Source: Bacteroides sp.
GTDB taxonomy: Bacteria > Bacteroidota > Bacteroidia > Bacteroidales > Muribaculaceae
Direction of reading: 5' to 3'
Length of the DNA: 64,000 nucleotides
Assembly (NCBI GenBank): GCA_014801785.1
Contig: JAAVDN010000013.1
Coordinates: 920-64,919, forward strand
The stretch's first letter is position 1, and each line of letters starts with the position of its first letter. Positions 1 through 9,829 of the stretch are shown one piece after another. The notes under the pieces are model-generated. The model was given only the letters and a program-made list of their open reading frames with translations. It was not told the DNA's origin and did no database searches. Position numbers and translations under genes: made by a program.

Positions 1-679
1 CCGCCATCACAGACGACGGCAACGGAGCCGAAAAGAACTCCCGGCAGTCATCCACATCGATAGCCCGTTTCTGAGGCGTATCGCATCCCGGAATCCTGAC
101 GGCCATAAACGGATTATATCGGATCCGGATAATCTCCCGCTCATAATCATTGAACCGCTGCTCCCCAAGCCGGAACACATGGCGCATACAAGTCGGATAT
201 TGCTCCTTTGCCCGCGCCGTATGCCGCAGCGAGTCTATCCAGGCCCGCACGACTCCCGAAGTCATCATCCTGAAAGTTATATTCCGGCGACCGATGAACA
301 GCCGGAGGGAGCGCAGCGCCGCCTTGTAATTCTTGACCGTCCGCAACTTCCCCTCATTGATAAGGTCGGCGATAAAACCCTCGCAGAAATCACTGAAGCT
401 AAGATCCTCCTCCGCATCCTTCAGCAGATCGACCACCGCGCCCACATCCAGCCCCCCTACATTTATATTCTGGAGCATCCTGTTATAACCGATAATCCGT
501 TCGGAGCAGACCTTCAGGATCCGCGCGTTCGTAATTTCATTATTACGACCCACGTCTGAGGGAATAGCATAAATTTTAGTAGGCAGGTATCGCACGCCCC
601 GGTTATGCGTTACCCGGATATAGACCGGCCAGAACCCGTCTCCCCTTTGAGATTTTACACAAGCTTTGAAAGTAGCCAT
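1..679 (-). CDS. Site-specific tyrosine integrase (Bacteroidales type), 3' end outside the window
   Basis: Not in the ORF track because it runs off the edge. Manual translation from ATG at 679 gives MATFKACVKSQRGDGFWPVYIRVTHNRGVRYLPT...LSFSDFCEGFIADLINEGKLRTVKNYKAALRSL...NPFMAVRIP..QKRAI, which fits an arm-binding N-terminus followed by a SAM-like domain. Confidence 0.85.
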   Translation of the reverse strand, partial: MATFKACVKSQRGDGFWPVYIRVTHNRGVRYLPTKIYAIPSDVGRNNEITNARILKVCSERIIGYNRMLQNINVGGLDVGAVVDLLKDAEEDLSFSDFCEGFIADLINEGKLRTVKNYKAALRSLRLFIGRRNITFRMMTSGVVRAWIDSLRHTARAKEQYPTCMRHVFRLGEQRFNDYEREIIRIRYNPFMAVRIPGCDTPQKRAIDVDDCREFFSAPLPSSVMA

Positions 680-680
680 C

Positions 681-720
681 GAAAATGTTGGTAAATGTTA
701 GGTAAACACTGGTAAACACG
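681..720. repeat. Short direct repeats (GGTAAA at 690, 701, 711) upstream of the integrase; candidate arm-type binding sites
   Basis: gttGGTAAAtgttaGGTAAAcactGGTAAAcacg with 10-11 bp periodicity; function is inferred. Confidence 0.45.
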
Positions 721-805
721 CCCCCTTTTCCCCGTCAACTATTGATAAAACCGTCTGCGCAATATGTTCAATAAAATGCGCGGAATGAGAATCCCCTTAA
801 AACTG

Positions 806-851
806 ATTTAGGCTCTAAGTCGCTGATTTCTCAGAAACTTAGAGCCTAAAT
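806..851. repeat. 15-bp perfect inverted repeat between integrase and ppdK (att-associated hairpin or terminator)
   Basis: atttaggctctaagt (806-820) and acttagagcctaaat (837-851) with spacer cgctgatttctcagaa. Confidence 0.75.
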
Positions 852-907
852 TGCTATTATGGCGTATATTGTGCCGGAAGTCGCTTAAAACGACCGATTT
901 TCCCCGG

Positions 908-3625
908 TTAAGCCTCCAACGAGGCTTGCGCCGCTGCTACACGAGCGATGGGGACGCGGAAGGGAGAACAGCTGACGTAGTTCATGCCGAGTTTTGCGCA
1001 GAACTTGACGCTGGAGGGTTCGCCACCGTGTTCGCCGCAAATGCCAACTTTCAGGTCGGGATTTGTAGCGCGACCTTTCTTGACGCCCATCTCCACGAGT
1101 TGTCCGACTCCTTCCTGATCGAGGACCTCGAAGGGATCGACTTTGATGACCCCATGCTCCTTGTAGAATTTAAGGAATTTAGGAGCGTCATCGCGGGAGA
1201 AACCGAAGGTCATCTGTGTCAGGTCGTTGGTGCCGAAGGAGAAGAAGTCTGCAACTTCTGCAATCTTGTCGGCGGTCAGCGCTGCACGCGGAACCTCGAT
1301 CATGGTACCGATCTTGTAGCGGACAGAAGTGCCCTGCTCCTCGAATACCTTGGCAGCGGTGCGGGTGATAACATCAGCCTGATTCTGCAGCTCCTTGAGG
1401 CTTCCGACGAGGGGAACCATTATTTCGGGATGAACCTTGAGGCCACGACGTTCGCAGTTGATGGCAGCCTCGATGATGGCGCGGGTCTGCATTTCAGTGA
1501 TCTCAGGATAGGTGATTCCGAGACGGCAGCCGCGGTGACCGAGCATCGGGTTGAACTCTTCGAGGGAGTCAACCTTTGCCTTCACCTCTTCAAGGGTAAG
1601 ACCCATTTCCTGTGCCATTTCCTTCTGGGTAGCGGTCTGGTGAGGAACGAACTCATGCAAGGGGGGATCGAGAAGACGTACAGTCACTCCGAAGCCGTCC
1701 ATCGCTTCAAAGATTCCTTCGAAGTCGCCACGCTGCATCGGGAGCAACTTGGCAAGAGCTTCGCGACGTCCTGCCTCATCAGATGCAAGAATCATCTCGC
1801 GGATAGCCTTGATACGGTCGCCCTCGAAGAACATGTGTTCGGTGCGGCAGAGTCCGATACCCTGAGCGCCGAAGTGGCGGGCCTGCTTGGCGTCGCGGGG
1901 AGTGTCGGCGTTAGTACGGACAAGGCATTTGGTGAACTTGTCGGCCAGGTTCATTATAGCGCCGAAGTCTCCGTCAAGTTCAGGCTCGCGAGTCGGTACC
2001 TGTCCTTCGTAAACTTCGCCGGTAGAGCCATTGAGGGAGATCCAGTCACCTTCCTTGTAGACCTTGCCATTCATTTTGACAGTCTTTTCCTTGTAGTCTA
2101 CAAGGATTTCGCCGGCTCCGGAGACACAGCATTTTCCCATACCGCGGGCAACTACGGCAGCGTGGGAAGTCATACCGCCGCGCATTGTCAGGATACCCTG
2201 AGCAACGGCCATACCACGAAGGTCTTCCGGAGAGGTTTCGATACGGACAAGGACGACTTTCTTTTTCTTTTCAGCCCATGCCTCGGCGTCTTCAGCCTGG
2301 AAAACAATCTGGCCGGTAGCGGCGCCGGGAGATGCGGGGAGACCCTTTGCTATTACAGTAGCCTTCTTGAGGCCGGATTTGTCAAATACGGGGTGAAGGA
2401 GTTCGTCGAGCTTCTGGGGCTCCATTCGGAGCAGGCAGGTCTTCTCATCAATTTCACCGGCGCGAAGGAGGTCCATAGCGATCTTAACCATTGCGGCACC
2501 GGTGCGCTTGCCGTTACGGGTCTGGAGCATCCAGAGCTTTCCGTCCTGGATAGTGAACTCCATATCCTGCATATCCTTATAGTAATCTTCCAGACGGTGA
2601 GCGATGGCGATGAGTTCAGCGGCGCAATCAGGCATAGACTCTTCGAGAGCGGGATATTTCTCACGACGCTCCTCCTCGGATATACCCTGGAGAGCGGCCC
2701 AACGGCGTGATCCCTCGATAGTGATCTGCTGCGGAGTGCGGACACCTGCGACGACATCCTCACCCTGTGCATTGATAAGATACTCACCGTTGAAGAGGTT
2801 TTCACCGGTTGCGGCATCACGGCTGAAAGCCACACCGGTTGCAGAGTTGTCGCCCATATTGCCATAGACCATAGCCTGCACGTTGACGGCGGTACCCCAC
2901 TCCTCGGGGATCTGGTTCATGCGGCGGTATAGGATTGCGCGTTCGTTCATCCAGCTGTCAAAGACAGCGCAGATGCCACCCCAAAGCTGTTCCCATGCGG
3001 ATTCAGGGAAATCCTTACCGGTATATTCCTTGACCGCAGCCTTGAAACGTTTTACCAGTTCCTTGAGGTCCTCGACATCAAGTTCGTTGTCGAACTTGAC
3101 ACCTTTTTCTTCCTTGACCTGATCCATGATGGCCTCGAAGGGGTCTATATCGGTCTTGGATTTTGGCTTCATTCCGAGAACTACATCTCCATACATCTGG
3201 ACAAAACGACGATAGCTGTCCCAGGCGAAGCGGGGATTTCCGCTTTTTTCGGCCATAGTTTCTACAGTAGCATCGTTCATACCCAGGTTAAGGACAGTAT
3301 CCATCATTCCGGGCATAGAAGCACGGGCGCCGGAACGTACAGAAACGAGAAGAGGATTGGAGGGATCGTCGAATTTTCCTCCTGTCAGGGACTCGACATG
3401 AGCGATAGCCTCCTTGACATCCTTCTGGATATCCTCGACGACCTTGTCACGGCCATATTGGGTATATTCGTTGCAGACTTCGGTGGTGATGGTGAATCCC
3501 GGAGGAACGGGCATTCCCAGCAGGTTCATCTCGGCCAGGTTGGCACCTTTGCCGCCGAGAAGGTTTCTCATCTCGGCATTACCTTCGGCTTTTCCGTTGC
3601 CGAACGTATAGACTTTCTTTGCCAT
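908..3625 (-). CDS. ppdK: Pyruvate, phosphate dikinase
   Basis: 905 aa; LLGGKGANLAEM, SVRSGARASMPGMMDT, GGMTSHAAVVARG (phospho-His), GICGEHGG. Confidence 0.98.
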   Translation of the reverse strand: MAKKVYTFGNGKAEGNAEMRNLLGGKGANLAEMNLLGMPVPPGFTITTEVCNEYTQYGRDKVVEDIQKDVKEAIAHVESLTGGKFDDPSNPLLVSVRSGARASMPGMMDTVLNLGMNDATVETMAEKSGNPRFAWDSYRRFVQMYGDVVLGMKPKSKTDIDPFEAIMDQVKEEKGVKFDNELDVEDLKELVKRFKAAVKEYTGKDFPESAWEQLWGGICAVFDSWMNERAILYRRMNQIPEEWGTAVNVQAMVYGNMGDNSATGVAFSRDAATGENLFNGEYLINAQGEDVVAGVRTPQQITIEGSRRWAALQGISEEERREKYPALEESMPDCAAELIAIAHRLEDYYKDMQDMEFTIQDGKLWMLQTRNGKRTGAAMVKIAMDLLRAGEIDEKTCLLRMEPQKLDELLHPVFDKSGLKKATVIAKGLPASPGAATGQIVFQAEDAEAWAEKKKKVVLVRIETSPEDLRGMAVAQGILTMRGGMTSHAAVVARGMGKCCVSGAGEILVDYKEKTVKMNGKVYKEGDWISLNGSTGEVYEGQVPTREPELDGDFGAIMNLADKFTKCLVRTNADTPRDAKQARHFGAQGIGLCRTEHMFFEGDRIKAIREMILASDEAGRREALAKLLPMQRGDFEGIFEAMDGFGVTVRLLDPPLHEFVPHQTATQKEMAQEMGLTLEEVKAKVDSLEEFNPMLGHRGCRLGITYPEITEMQTRAIIEAAINCERRGLKVHPEIMVPLVGSLKELQNQADVITRTAAKVFEEQGTSVRYKIGTMIEVPRAALTADKIAEVADFFSFGTNDLTQMTFGFSRDDAPKFLKFYKEHGVIKVDPFEVLDQEGVGQLVEMGVKKGRATNPDLKVGICGEHGGEPSSVKFCAKLGMNYVSCSPFRVPIARVAAAQASLEA

Positions 3626-3729
3626 TTGGTTGATATATTGTTTGTTAACGTGTCGATAGGTGACGTTATCCGTTTCCGGACACGCGTGAATGTCGCCGGG
3701 TTCTTAAGAATCGGCGCGCTCTGACTTTG

Positions 3730-3788
3730 CAAATTTAATAATTTTTTGCCAAAGATGAATAATATTGGAGAAGAATGCTGTAATTTTG
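3730..3788. promoter_or_regulatory. Divergent Bacteroidetes -7 boxes for ppdK and rlmD
   Basis: TAAATTTG on the minus strand (3730-3737) and TAATTTTG on the plus strand (3781-3788) match TAnnTTTG. Confidence 0.6.
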
Positions 3789-3814
3789 CATTCGGAATCA
3801 AATTTGAATATATA

Positions 3815-5266
3815 ATGGCACGAAAGAAAAAGCCCCTTCCGCTATTGGAGGGGATTGAGATAACGGGGGTGGCAGCTGAGGGTAAGGCCTTGGCCCGGGT
3901 TCCACTTCGTGAAGATGATGACTCGAAAATCGTCATTTTTATCCCCTTCGGGGCGCCTGGAGATGTCGCAGATGTGCAGCTTGACCGCAAGAAGCATTCT
4001 TTCGCAGAAGGACATATCGTCAATCTTATCACTCCCTCTCCTGAGAGAATCGAGGCCCGGTGTCGTCATTTCGGCTTATGCGGTGGATGCAAATGGCAAC
4101 ATCTTCCCTACGAGGCTCAACTTCGTTTCAAGCAACAACAGGTTACGGATGCCCTTGAGCGCATTGCCAAAGTCGAATTGCCCGAGATATCCCCTATCCT
4201 GGGTTCTGAGGATGTATGGCGATACCGCAACAAAATGGAATATACCTTTTCCTGTAAGAAATGGCGTTCCTGGGAGGATATAAAGTCAGGGAAGGAATTC
4301 AATGACTCTCCTAATGCACTTGGATTCCACATTCCCGGGGCATTCGACAAAGTGCTTCACATCGATGAATGCTTCCTTCAGTCTGAACTTGGAGACAGGA
4401 TTCGCAACGGTCTCTTTTCGTTCGCTGACAGGGAAGGTCTTTCTTTCTATGACATCCGCCAGAACAGTGGTCTGCTCCGCAGCGTGATGTTCCGTATACT
4501 GACAACCGGAGAAGTCATGGTCTGCATTCAGTTCGGAGAGAATGATCCTGAAGGAATCCGCAAGGTTATGGACTATCTTAAAACAGAGTTTCCGGAGATC
4601 ACCTCCCTGCTATATGTCATCAATCTAAAAGCCAACGACACCATAGGCGATCAGGAAGTTATATCATGGGCCGGTCCGGACTTTGTGGAAGAGCGCATGG
4701 GAGACCTTCGTTTCCGTATCAACGCCAAAAGTTTTTATCAGACCAATTCCCGTCAGGCGGAACGCCTTTATGAAGTAACGCGCCGTCTTGCCGGTCTGGA
4801 TACCTTCTCCGTAGATGAGAAAAAGCCATTGGTCTACGATTTATACACCGGCACAGGCACAATAGCTAATTATGTTGCCTCGGGAGCACGCCAGGTAATC
4901 GGCATAGAATATGTCGAGGCGGCAATCGAAGACGCTCGTCTTAATTCTCAGGTCAACGGCATTGACAACACCTTGTTCTATGCCGGAGACATGAAGGATA
5001 TTCTGACCGATGAGTTCGTGGAACGCCACGGGCGTCCGGAAGTGATGATAATCGATCCCCCCCGGGCCGGTATGCATGAGGATGTCATAAAGGTCATAAT
5101 GAACGCGGAGCCGGATCGCATAGTGTATGTAAGCTGCAATCCTGCCACACAGGCACGTGACCTGGCATTACTTGACTCTAAATATCGAGTCACAGCCGTT
5201 CAGCCAGTCGATATGTTTCCTCATACTCATCATGTCGAAAACGTCGTCCGCCTTGACAGAAGATAA
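3815..5266 (+). CDS. rlmD: 23S rRNA (uracil-1939-C5)-methyltransferase
   Basis: Start MARKKK; TRAM domain, C-x-HFGLCGGC Fe-S motif, SFYQTN, DLYTGTG, DPPRAG, YVSCNPATQARD, DMFPHTHHVE. Confidence 0.95.
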   Translation: MARKKKPLPLLEGIEITGVAAEGKALARVPLREDDDSKIVIFIPFGAPGDVADVQLDRKKHSFAEGHIVNLITPSPERIEARCRHFGLCGGCKWQHLPYEAQLRFKQQQVTDALERIAKVELPEISPILGSEDVWRYRNKMEYTFSCKKWRSWEDIKSGKEFNDSPNALGFHIPGAFDKVLHIDECFLQSELGDRIRNGLFSFADREGLSFYDIRQNSGLLRSVMFRILTTGEVMVCIQFGENDPEGIRKVMDYLKTEFPEITSLLYVINLKANDTIGDQEVISWAGPDFVEERMGDLRFRINAKSFYQTNSRQAERLYEVTRRLAGLDTFSVDEKKPLVYDLYTGTGTIANYVASGARQVIGIEYVEAAIEDARLNSQVNGIDNTLFYAGDMKDILTDEFVERHGRPEVMIIDPPRAGMHEDVIKVIMNAEPDRIVYVSCNPATQARDLALLDSKYRVTAVQPVDMFPHTHHVENVVRLDRR

Positions 5267-5273
5267 AATTTAT

Positions 5274-5318
5274 TCCGGAGCGCATTCCACCAAATGGGTG
5301 CGCTCCGGATATTTTTTT
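5274..5318. terminator. Intrinsic terminator between convergent rlmD and recD2
   Basis: Stem tccggagcgca / tgcgctccgga followed by a T tract. Confidence 0.8.
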
Positions 5319-5330
5319 AAATCTCTCCTA

Positions 5331-7460
5331 TCAGATCATCTCCTTCAACCGTTCCTGAAGTCTTGTATTGCGTTTTGAGACCGTCTGATTATGGATTGCG
5401 TAAGCGAGCGCTTTTGTAGAACCGATAAGGACACATATTTTCTTGGCTCGCGTTATACCTGTATATATAAGATTCCGCTGGAGCATCACATAATGCTTCA
5501 TCGAAACCGGCATGACAACGACCGGAAATTCCGAACCCTGGCTCTTGTGGATAGTTATGGCGTATGCCAGCGTAATCTCATCCAGTTCCGAAACATCATA
5601 TTCCACCACTCTCCCATCATAAATAACAGACAGCGTACGCTCATTAACATCTACGACACTGATATATCCGATGTCGCCGTTAAACACATTCTTATCGTAG
5701 TTATTGCGTATCTGCATCACCTTGTCCCCTTGCCGGAATGTATAGCCTCCTCGGGATAATGATGAACCGGATGGATTGAGGGCCTTCTGCAATTCAATAT
5801 TGAGATTTCCGGCGCCCGTATTTCCCCTTTGCATTGGTGTCAGGACCTGTATCTCTTTAGGATTATAACCGTATGCCTTTGAAAGCCTGTCGCGTACCAG
5901 ATTGACAATAAGCCCGGGAATAGTCTCCGCATCATCAGCCTTGATGAAGAAGAAGTCAGTCTGCATACCGTTGCTGATATCCGGAAAATGCCCGCTGTTG
6001 ATCGAATGCGCGTTCATCACTATCCGACTCGTCTGAGCCTGCCGGAATATACGGGACAATCTGACAACAGGTAATTTCCGGGAGTCGATCATATCACGCA
6101 ACACGTTTCCGGCTCCGACACTCGGCAACTGGTCTATATCCCCGACAAGTATGAGACGCATATTCTGAGGAATAGCTTTCATCAGATTATAAAAAAGCAT
6201 GATGTCAATCATGGAGCACTCGTCTACAATCAGCACATCTCCCTCCAGCCTGTTTTCATCATTGCGCTTATAACCATCCATCGGATTATATTCCAGCAGG
6301 CGATGGATTGTCTTCGCTTCCATTCCGGTCGCTTCGGTCATGCGCTTGGCAGCGCGACCCGTCGGAGCTGCCAGAAGGATATTCTTTCCTCTTGACTTAA
6401 ATGCTTCTATAATCCCTTGTGTCGTTGTGGTCTTACCGGTGCCGGGGCCTCCTGTCAAGATCATTATTTTCGATTCCAGCGCCTTATTGATTGCTCCCTG
6501 TTGCACTTCATCATAGATAATTTGCTTTTTCCGAGTCCCATACTCACCTTCCGGTTCAGCGGCGATACCAAGCGATACATCTTCATTCAAAAGGGAAGAC
6601 AAGCGTTTGGCCGAACCGCTTTCGGCATAGTAGAACGGAGGAAGATAGACAGCATCATTGTCGTGAATCAAATCCTTGGCATCAATCATATCAGCCATAG
6701 CCTTACGAATCGGCTCCTCCTCAGCCTGGAGCAATTCCTTTGCTGAGGCAATCAGCTGATCAGGCTCGGCATATACATGACCATCCTCCGCAAGTTGATT
6801 AAGAGTGTACAGAATCCCGCTGCGGCATCTACGAGGGTCATTATTTGCGTAACCCATCTTAGAGGCAATCCCGTCGGCTGTCTTGAAACCTATTCCCCAG
6901 ATGTCGTCGGCAAGCTGATAGGGATTCTCCTTAACGGTCCGGATAGCGTCCTTCTGATATTGACGGTAAATCTTGGCAGCGTAAGCAGTGCTGACCCCAT
7001 ATCCCTGGAGAAAAATCATGACCTCCTTTATATCTTTCTGCTTCTCCCAGCTTTCGCGGATTCTCTCCACACGTTTCCGTCCGAGACGTGGCACCTCAAG
7101 CAACCTCTCGATGTCGTTCTCTATCACATTAAGCGTTTCCAATCCGAATTTGCCGACTATAGCTTTCGCATAGACAGGACCGATTCCTTTGACAAGACCG
7201 CTCCCGAGATATTTTTCAATGCCGTAGATGGTTGCCGGCATGACCTCCTGCCACGATTCGACAACAAACTGCTGTCCATATCGGGCATCGACCCTCCAGT
7301 CGCCTTCACATAGCAGCACACTCCCCACCGGAACATCCAACAGGGATCCGGTCAAAGTCACGAGATCATTATAATCCTTGACTTTGACCCGCATCACCGA
7401 CCATCCGTTATCAGGATTCTGATAAGTGATATGCTCAACGACACACCGCAGTTTCATCAT
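5331..7460 (-). CDS. recD2: ATP-dependent RecD2-like DNA helicase
   Basis: 709 aa; HhH region (KGIGP), ENPY, Walker A GGPGTGKTT, VDECSM, GDIDQLPSVG, AITIHKSQGSEF, YTGITRAK. Confidence 0.93.
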   Translation of the reverse strand: MMKLRCVVEHITYQNPDNGWSVMRVKVKDYNDLVTLTGSLLDVPVGSVLLCEGDWRVDARYGQQFVVESWQEVMPATIYGIEKYLGSGLVKGIGPVYAKAIVGKFGLETLNVIENDIERLLEVPRLGRKRVERIRESWEKQKDIKEVMIFLQGYGVSTAYAAKIYRQYQKDAIRTVKENPYQLADDIWGIGFKTADGIASKMGYANNDPRRCRSGILYTLNQLAEDGHVYAEPDQLIASAKELLQAEEEPIRKAMADMIDAKDLIHDNDAVYLPPFYYAESGSAKRLSSLLNEDVSLGIAAEPEGEYGTRKKQIIYDEVQQGAINKALESKIMILTGGPGTGKTTTTQGIIEAFKSRGKNILLAAPTGRAAKRMTEATGMEAKTIHRLLEYNPMDGYKRNDENRLEGDVLIVDECSMIDIMLFYNLMKAIPQNMRLILVGDIDQLPSVGAGNVLRDMIDSRKLPVVRLSRIFRQAQTSRIVMNAHSINSGHFPDISNGMQTDFFFIKADDAETIPGLIVNLVRDRLSKAYGYNPKEIQVLTPMQRGNTGAGNLNIELQKALNPSGSSLSRGGYTFRQGDKVMQIRNNYDKNVFNGDIGYISVVDVNERTLSVIYDGRVVEYDVSELDEITLAYAITIHKSQGSEFPVVVMPVSMKHYVMLQRNLIYTGITRAKKICVLIGSTKALAYAIHNQTVSKRNTRLQERLKEMI

Positions 7461-7878
7461 TTATTCTATCAACTGTTTAGCAGTCAGATTATTTCCGGGT
7501 CAATCTCCGCAGCTGTCCAAACCGAGTTGACAGCTTTCCGCTTCATCAAAGGTCGATTGGGGGCGTGGAGGAATATCATATTTTATATAAACATTTCTGA
7601 TTACTTATATGAAACGCTTTATCGAACTGATTTCGTATTTTAGACGCTGCCCCTATACGAAATCCAGAAACGAGTTCTGTGCTTCGTATCGATAAAATAC
7701 CATATAATGCGTTTTTTCGATATTTTATTCAGAATAAATTTCCTAAAGTACGGAATTTTTAATTCCTTTGCAGTCGGATTGCGACGTGACCATAATCGTC
7801 TAACCGATTATGGACCTACTTCATAGGTACAGCCACCCGATATTCCACATACTTATCATTACTTCAACTCTGAACCCC

Positions 7879-9126
7879 ATGCGTTCCACTCTCATTCTTA
7901 TCTCCGGGCTGACTTTCTGCAGTCTCTTTGCATCACCCGCGATTCCGACCCCTGCCACTCCCCTTCTCTCTCCGGTAACAACGGCAAAAGCTAACTCTAT
8001 TTCCCGTGATAAACTGGCGGGAGAATATGAATGGAGTTACAACGGACTTCTTTCCGGCCAGGCAGGACAGCAATACGGCAGACTCTCCATCGAATTCAAG
8101 GAGGGAGCAGAGAACGTTGTGACGATTGTCGGACTTGTCGATTATCGCACCGGTTTACGGGATCCGGAAGCTACCGTAGATTTCACCAACGGAACTCTTT
8201 CTATTCCTAACAACCAGGTTCTCGGCTCAGAAGGCTCAAACGATATCGTTTTCTACCTCAAAAGTCTTGATGCCTCAGGAAAACTTACCGGAGGAATTTC
8301 CTCATCTCGCGCCTCGATCGGACGCATTACCGAAACAGGAATTATTTTCCCAAACGAGGATGTATGGGCAATCGGACTTCCTGAAGCTGAGGAAGCCGGG
8401 TTCTATCATCTTACCTCGGCCAATGAACTCATTTTCATCAACCGCGGAGATGACAGGATGTTATGGGAAGAATACTGCACTGCCAGATTTGAAGACGGAT
8501 GGGGTGTCGCGGGTCTTACCACAGATGAGATTGCCTCCCACTCCTGGAACGTTTCAATTCAGAAATCACGCACCACCGACGGGCTCTTCCGCATCCATAA
8601 TCCCTATATGGAATATCAGTGTCCCCTCACGTCCGATTACTGTGGGGAAGGAGATATCATCTTCAACATACATCGACCCGATTTCGTATGGGTAGCTCCG
8701 GAAGTGGAATCCGGATTGCTGTTCAACGGACTGAAACTATGTTTCACTAACATCGAGGGCTTCAATCTCGCCCAGGGAGAATCTGTTGAAGAAATAAAAC
8801 GGACAATCGCTGCCGAAGGGGGAAGCATATCCAATTACAGCAATAACATAGTGACAATACATAATTGCCGCTTCAATTACAAGGGAGCCTTCGATCGCCT
8901 CTCCTTCTGGAGAGACGAAAATGGAGAGAGTCTCGTTCCGAGAATGACTTCAGTTATTCGTCCTACCATCGCGTTATCTGACCTTCAGACAGATATGGAG
9001 ACTATTGAAGCGGAAACAGAAGCTCCCGTCGAATTTTATTCAATCGACGGGACGCGCCTCGAACAACCCTCCGGCATCTGCATACGTCGTCAGGGAAACA
9101 AGGTTTCCAAAATAATCGTCCGCTGA
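7879..9126 (+). CDS. Secreted hypothetical protein with signal peptide and short T9SS-like C-terminal tail
   Basis: Signal-like MRSTLILISGLTFCSLFA; C-terminus APVEFYSIDGTRLEQPSGICIRRQGNKVSKIIVR. Confidence 0.7.
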   Translation: MRSTLILISGLTFCSLFASPAIPTPATPLLSPVTTAKANSISRDKLAGEYEWSYNGLLSGQAGQQYGRLSIEFKEGAENVVTIVGLVDYRTGLRDPEATVDFTNGTLSIPNNQVLGSEGSNDIVFYLKSLDASGKLTGGISSSRASIGRITETGIIFPNEDVWAIGLPEAEEAGFYHLTSANELIFINRGDDRMLWEEYCTARFEDGWGVAGLTTDEIASHSWNVSIQKSRTTDGLFRIHNPYMEYQCPLTSDYCGEGDIIFNIHRPDFVWVAPEVESGLLFNGLKLCFTNIEGFNLAQGESVEEIKRTIAAEGGSISNYSNNIVTIHNCRFNYKGAFDRLSFWRDENGESLVPRMTSVIRPTIALSDLQTDMETIEAETEAPVEFYSIDGTRLEQPSGICIRRQGNKVSKIIVR

Positions 9127-9174
9127 AAGTCTCAGTATTCAACTAACAAAAAAAGTCTCAGCATTCAACTAACA
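9126..9174. repeat. Tandem duplication, 2 x 23 bp, period 26
   Basis: aaagtctcagtattcaactaaca (9126-9148) and aaagtctcagcattcaactaaca (9152-9174). Confidence 0.9.
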
Positions 9175-9178
9175 GAAG

Positions 9179-9829
9179 ATGGGAAATATCAAAAATCTGA
9201 TATTTGATTTTGACGGAACATTGGTCGATACCGCCCCCCTCATCATAAAGACGATGCAAGCGACCATCCGAGCTCTCTCCTTACCCGCAAAGAGCGATGC
9301 GGAGTGTCAGTCTACTATAGGGGTCCGTCTCGAAGATGTACCTGAAGTATTATGGCCGGAGATAGAAAATATCTCCGAAAAATTCGCGACCACCTACCGA
9401 CGAATCTTCGATGAGCTCAAGCGTCCTTTGAAAGTTGAATGTTATCCCGGAGTTTTGGAAACTCTCCGTCAGTTTCATGCTACCGGCTATCGGATGGCGA
9501 TAGCCAGTAGCCGAAGCCATACGTCGCTGGAGGAATATGTCACACTCTTCAACCTTAACGACTGTTTCTCCATGCTCGTCGGAGGCAATGACGTCAGACA
9601 CGGAAAACCCGCTCCTGACCCGGTGCTACTGATTCTTGACTCAATGGGCTGGAAATCGGATGAGACAATGACAATAGGAGACGCTCCCGTTGATATACTG
9701 ATGGGTAAAGCGGCTGCTACCAAGACTTGCGCGGTCACATACGGCAATAGTTCCATCGAATCCCTCGAAGCTGTTAAGCCGGACTTCATCATTTCCTCAT
9801 TCAAAAATTTAGAGTGTGTTGGGTTTTAA
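9179..9829 (+). CDS. HAD-superfamily hydrolase (phosphoglycolate phosphatase-like)
   Basis: FDFDGTLVDT motif I, IASS, GKPAPD, IGD..DI..G. Confidence 0.9.
   Translation: MGNIKNLIFDFDGTLVDTAPLIIKTMQATIRALSLPAKSDAECQSTIGVRLEDVPEVLWPEIENISEKFATTYRRIFDELKRPLKVECYPGVLETLRQFHATGYRMAIASSRSHTSLEEYVTLFNLNDCFSMLVGGNDVRHGKPAPDPVLLILDSMGWKSDETMTIGDAPVDILMGKAAATKTCAVTYGNSSIESLEAVKPDFIISSFKNLECVGF

Noticed and set aside
179-559. 126-aa plus-strand ORF
   Set aside because: Antisense to the integrase reading frame on the minus strand.
851-2710. 619-aa plus-strand ORF
   Set aside because: Antisense shadow of ppdK with no recognisable motifs; long antisense frames are common opposite codon-biased genes.
7461-7800. 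Hairpins upstream of recD2 as a riboswitch or ncRNA
   Set aside because: Only short stems (agctgtc/gacagct, gatttcgtat/atacgaaatc) with no recognisable family motif.
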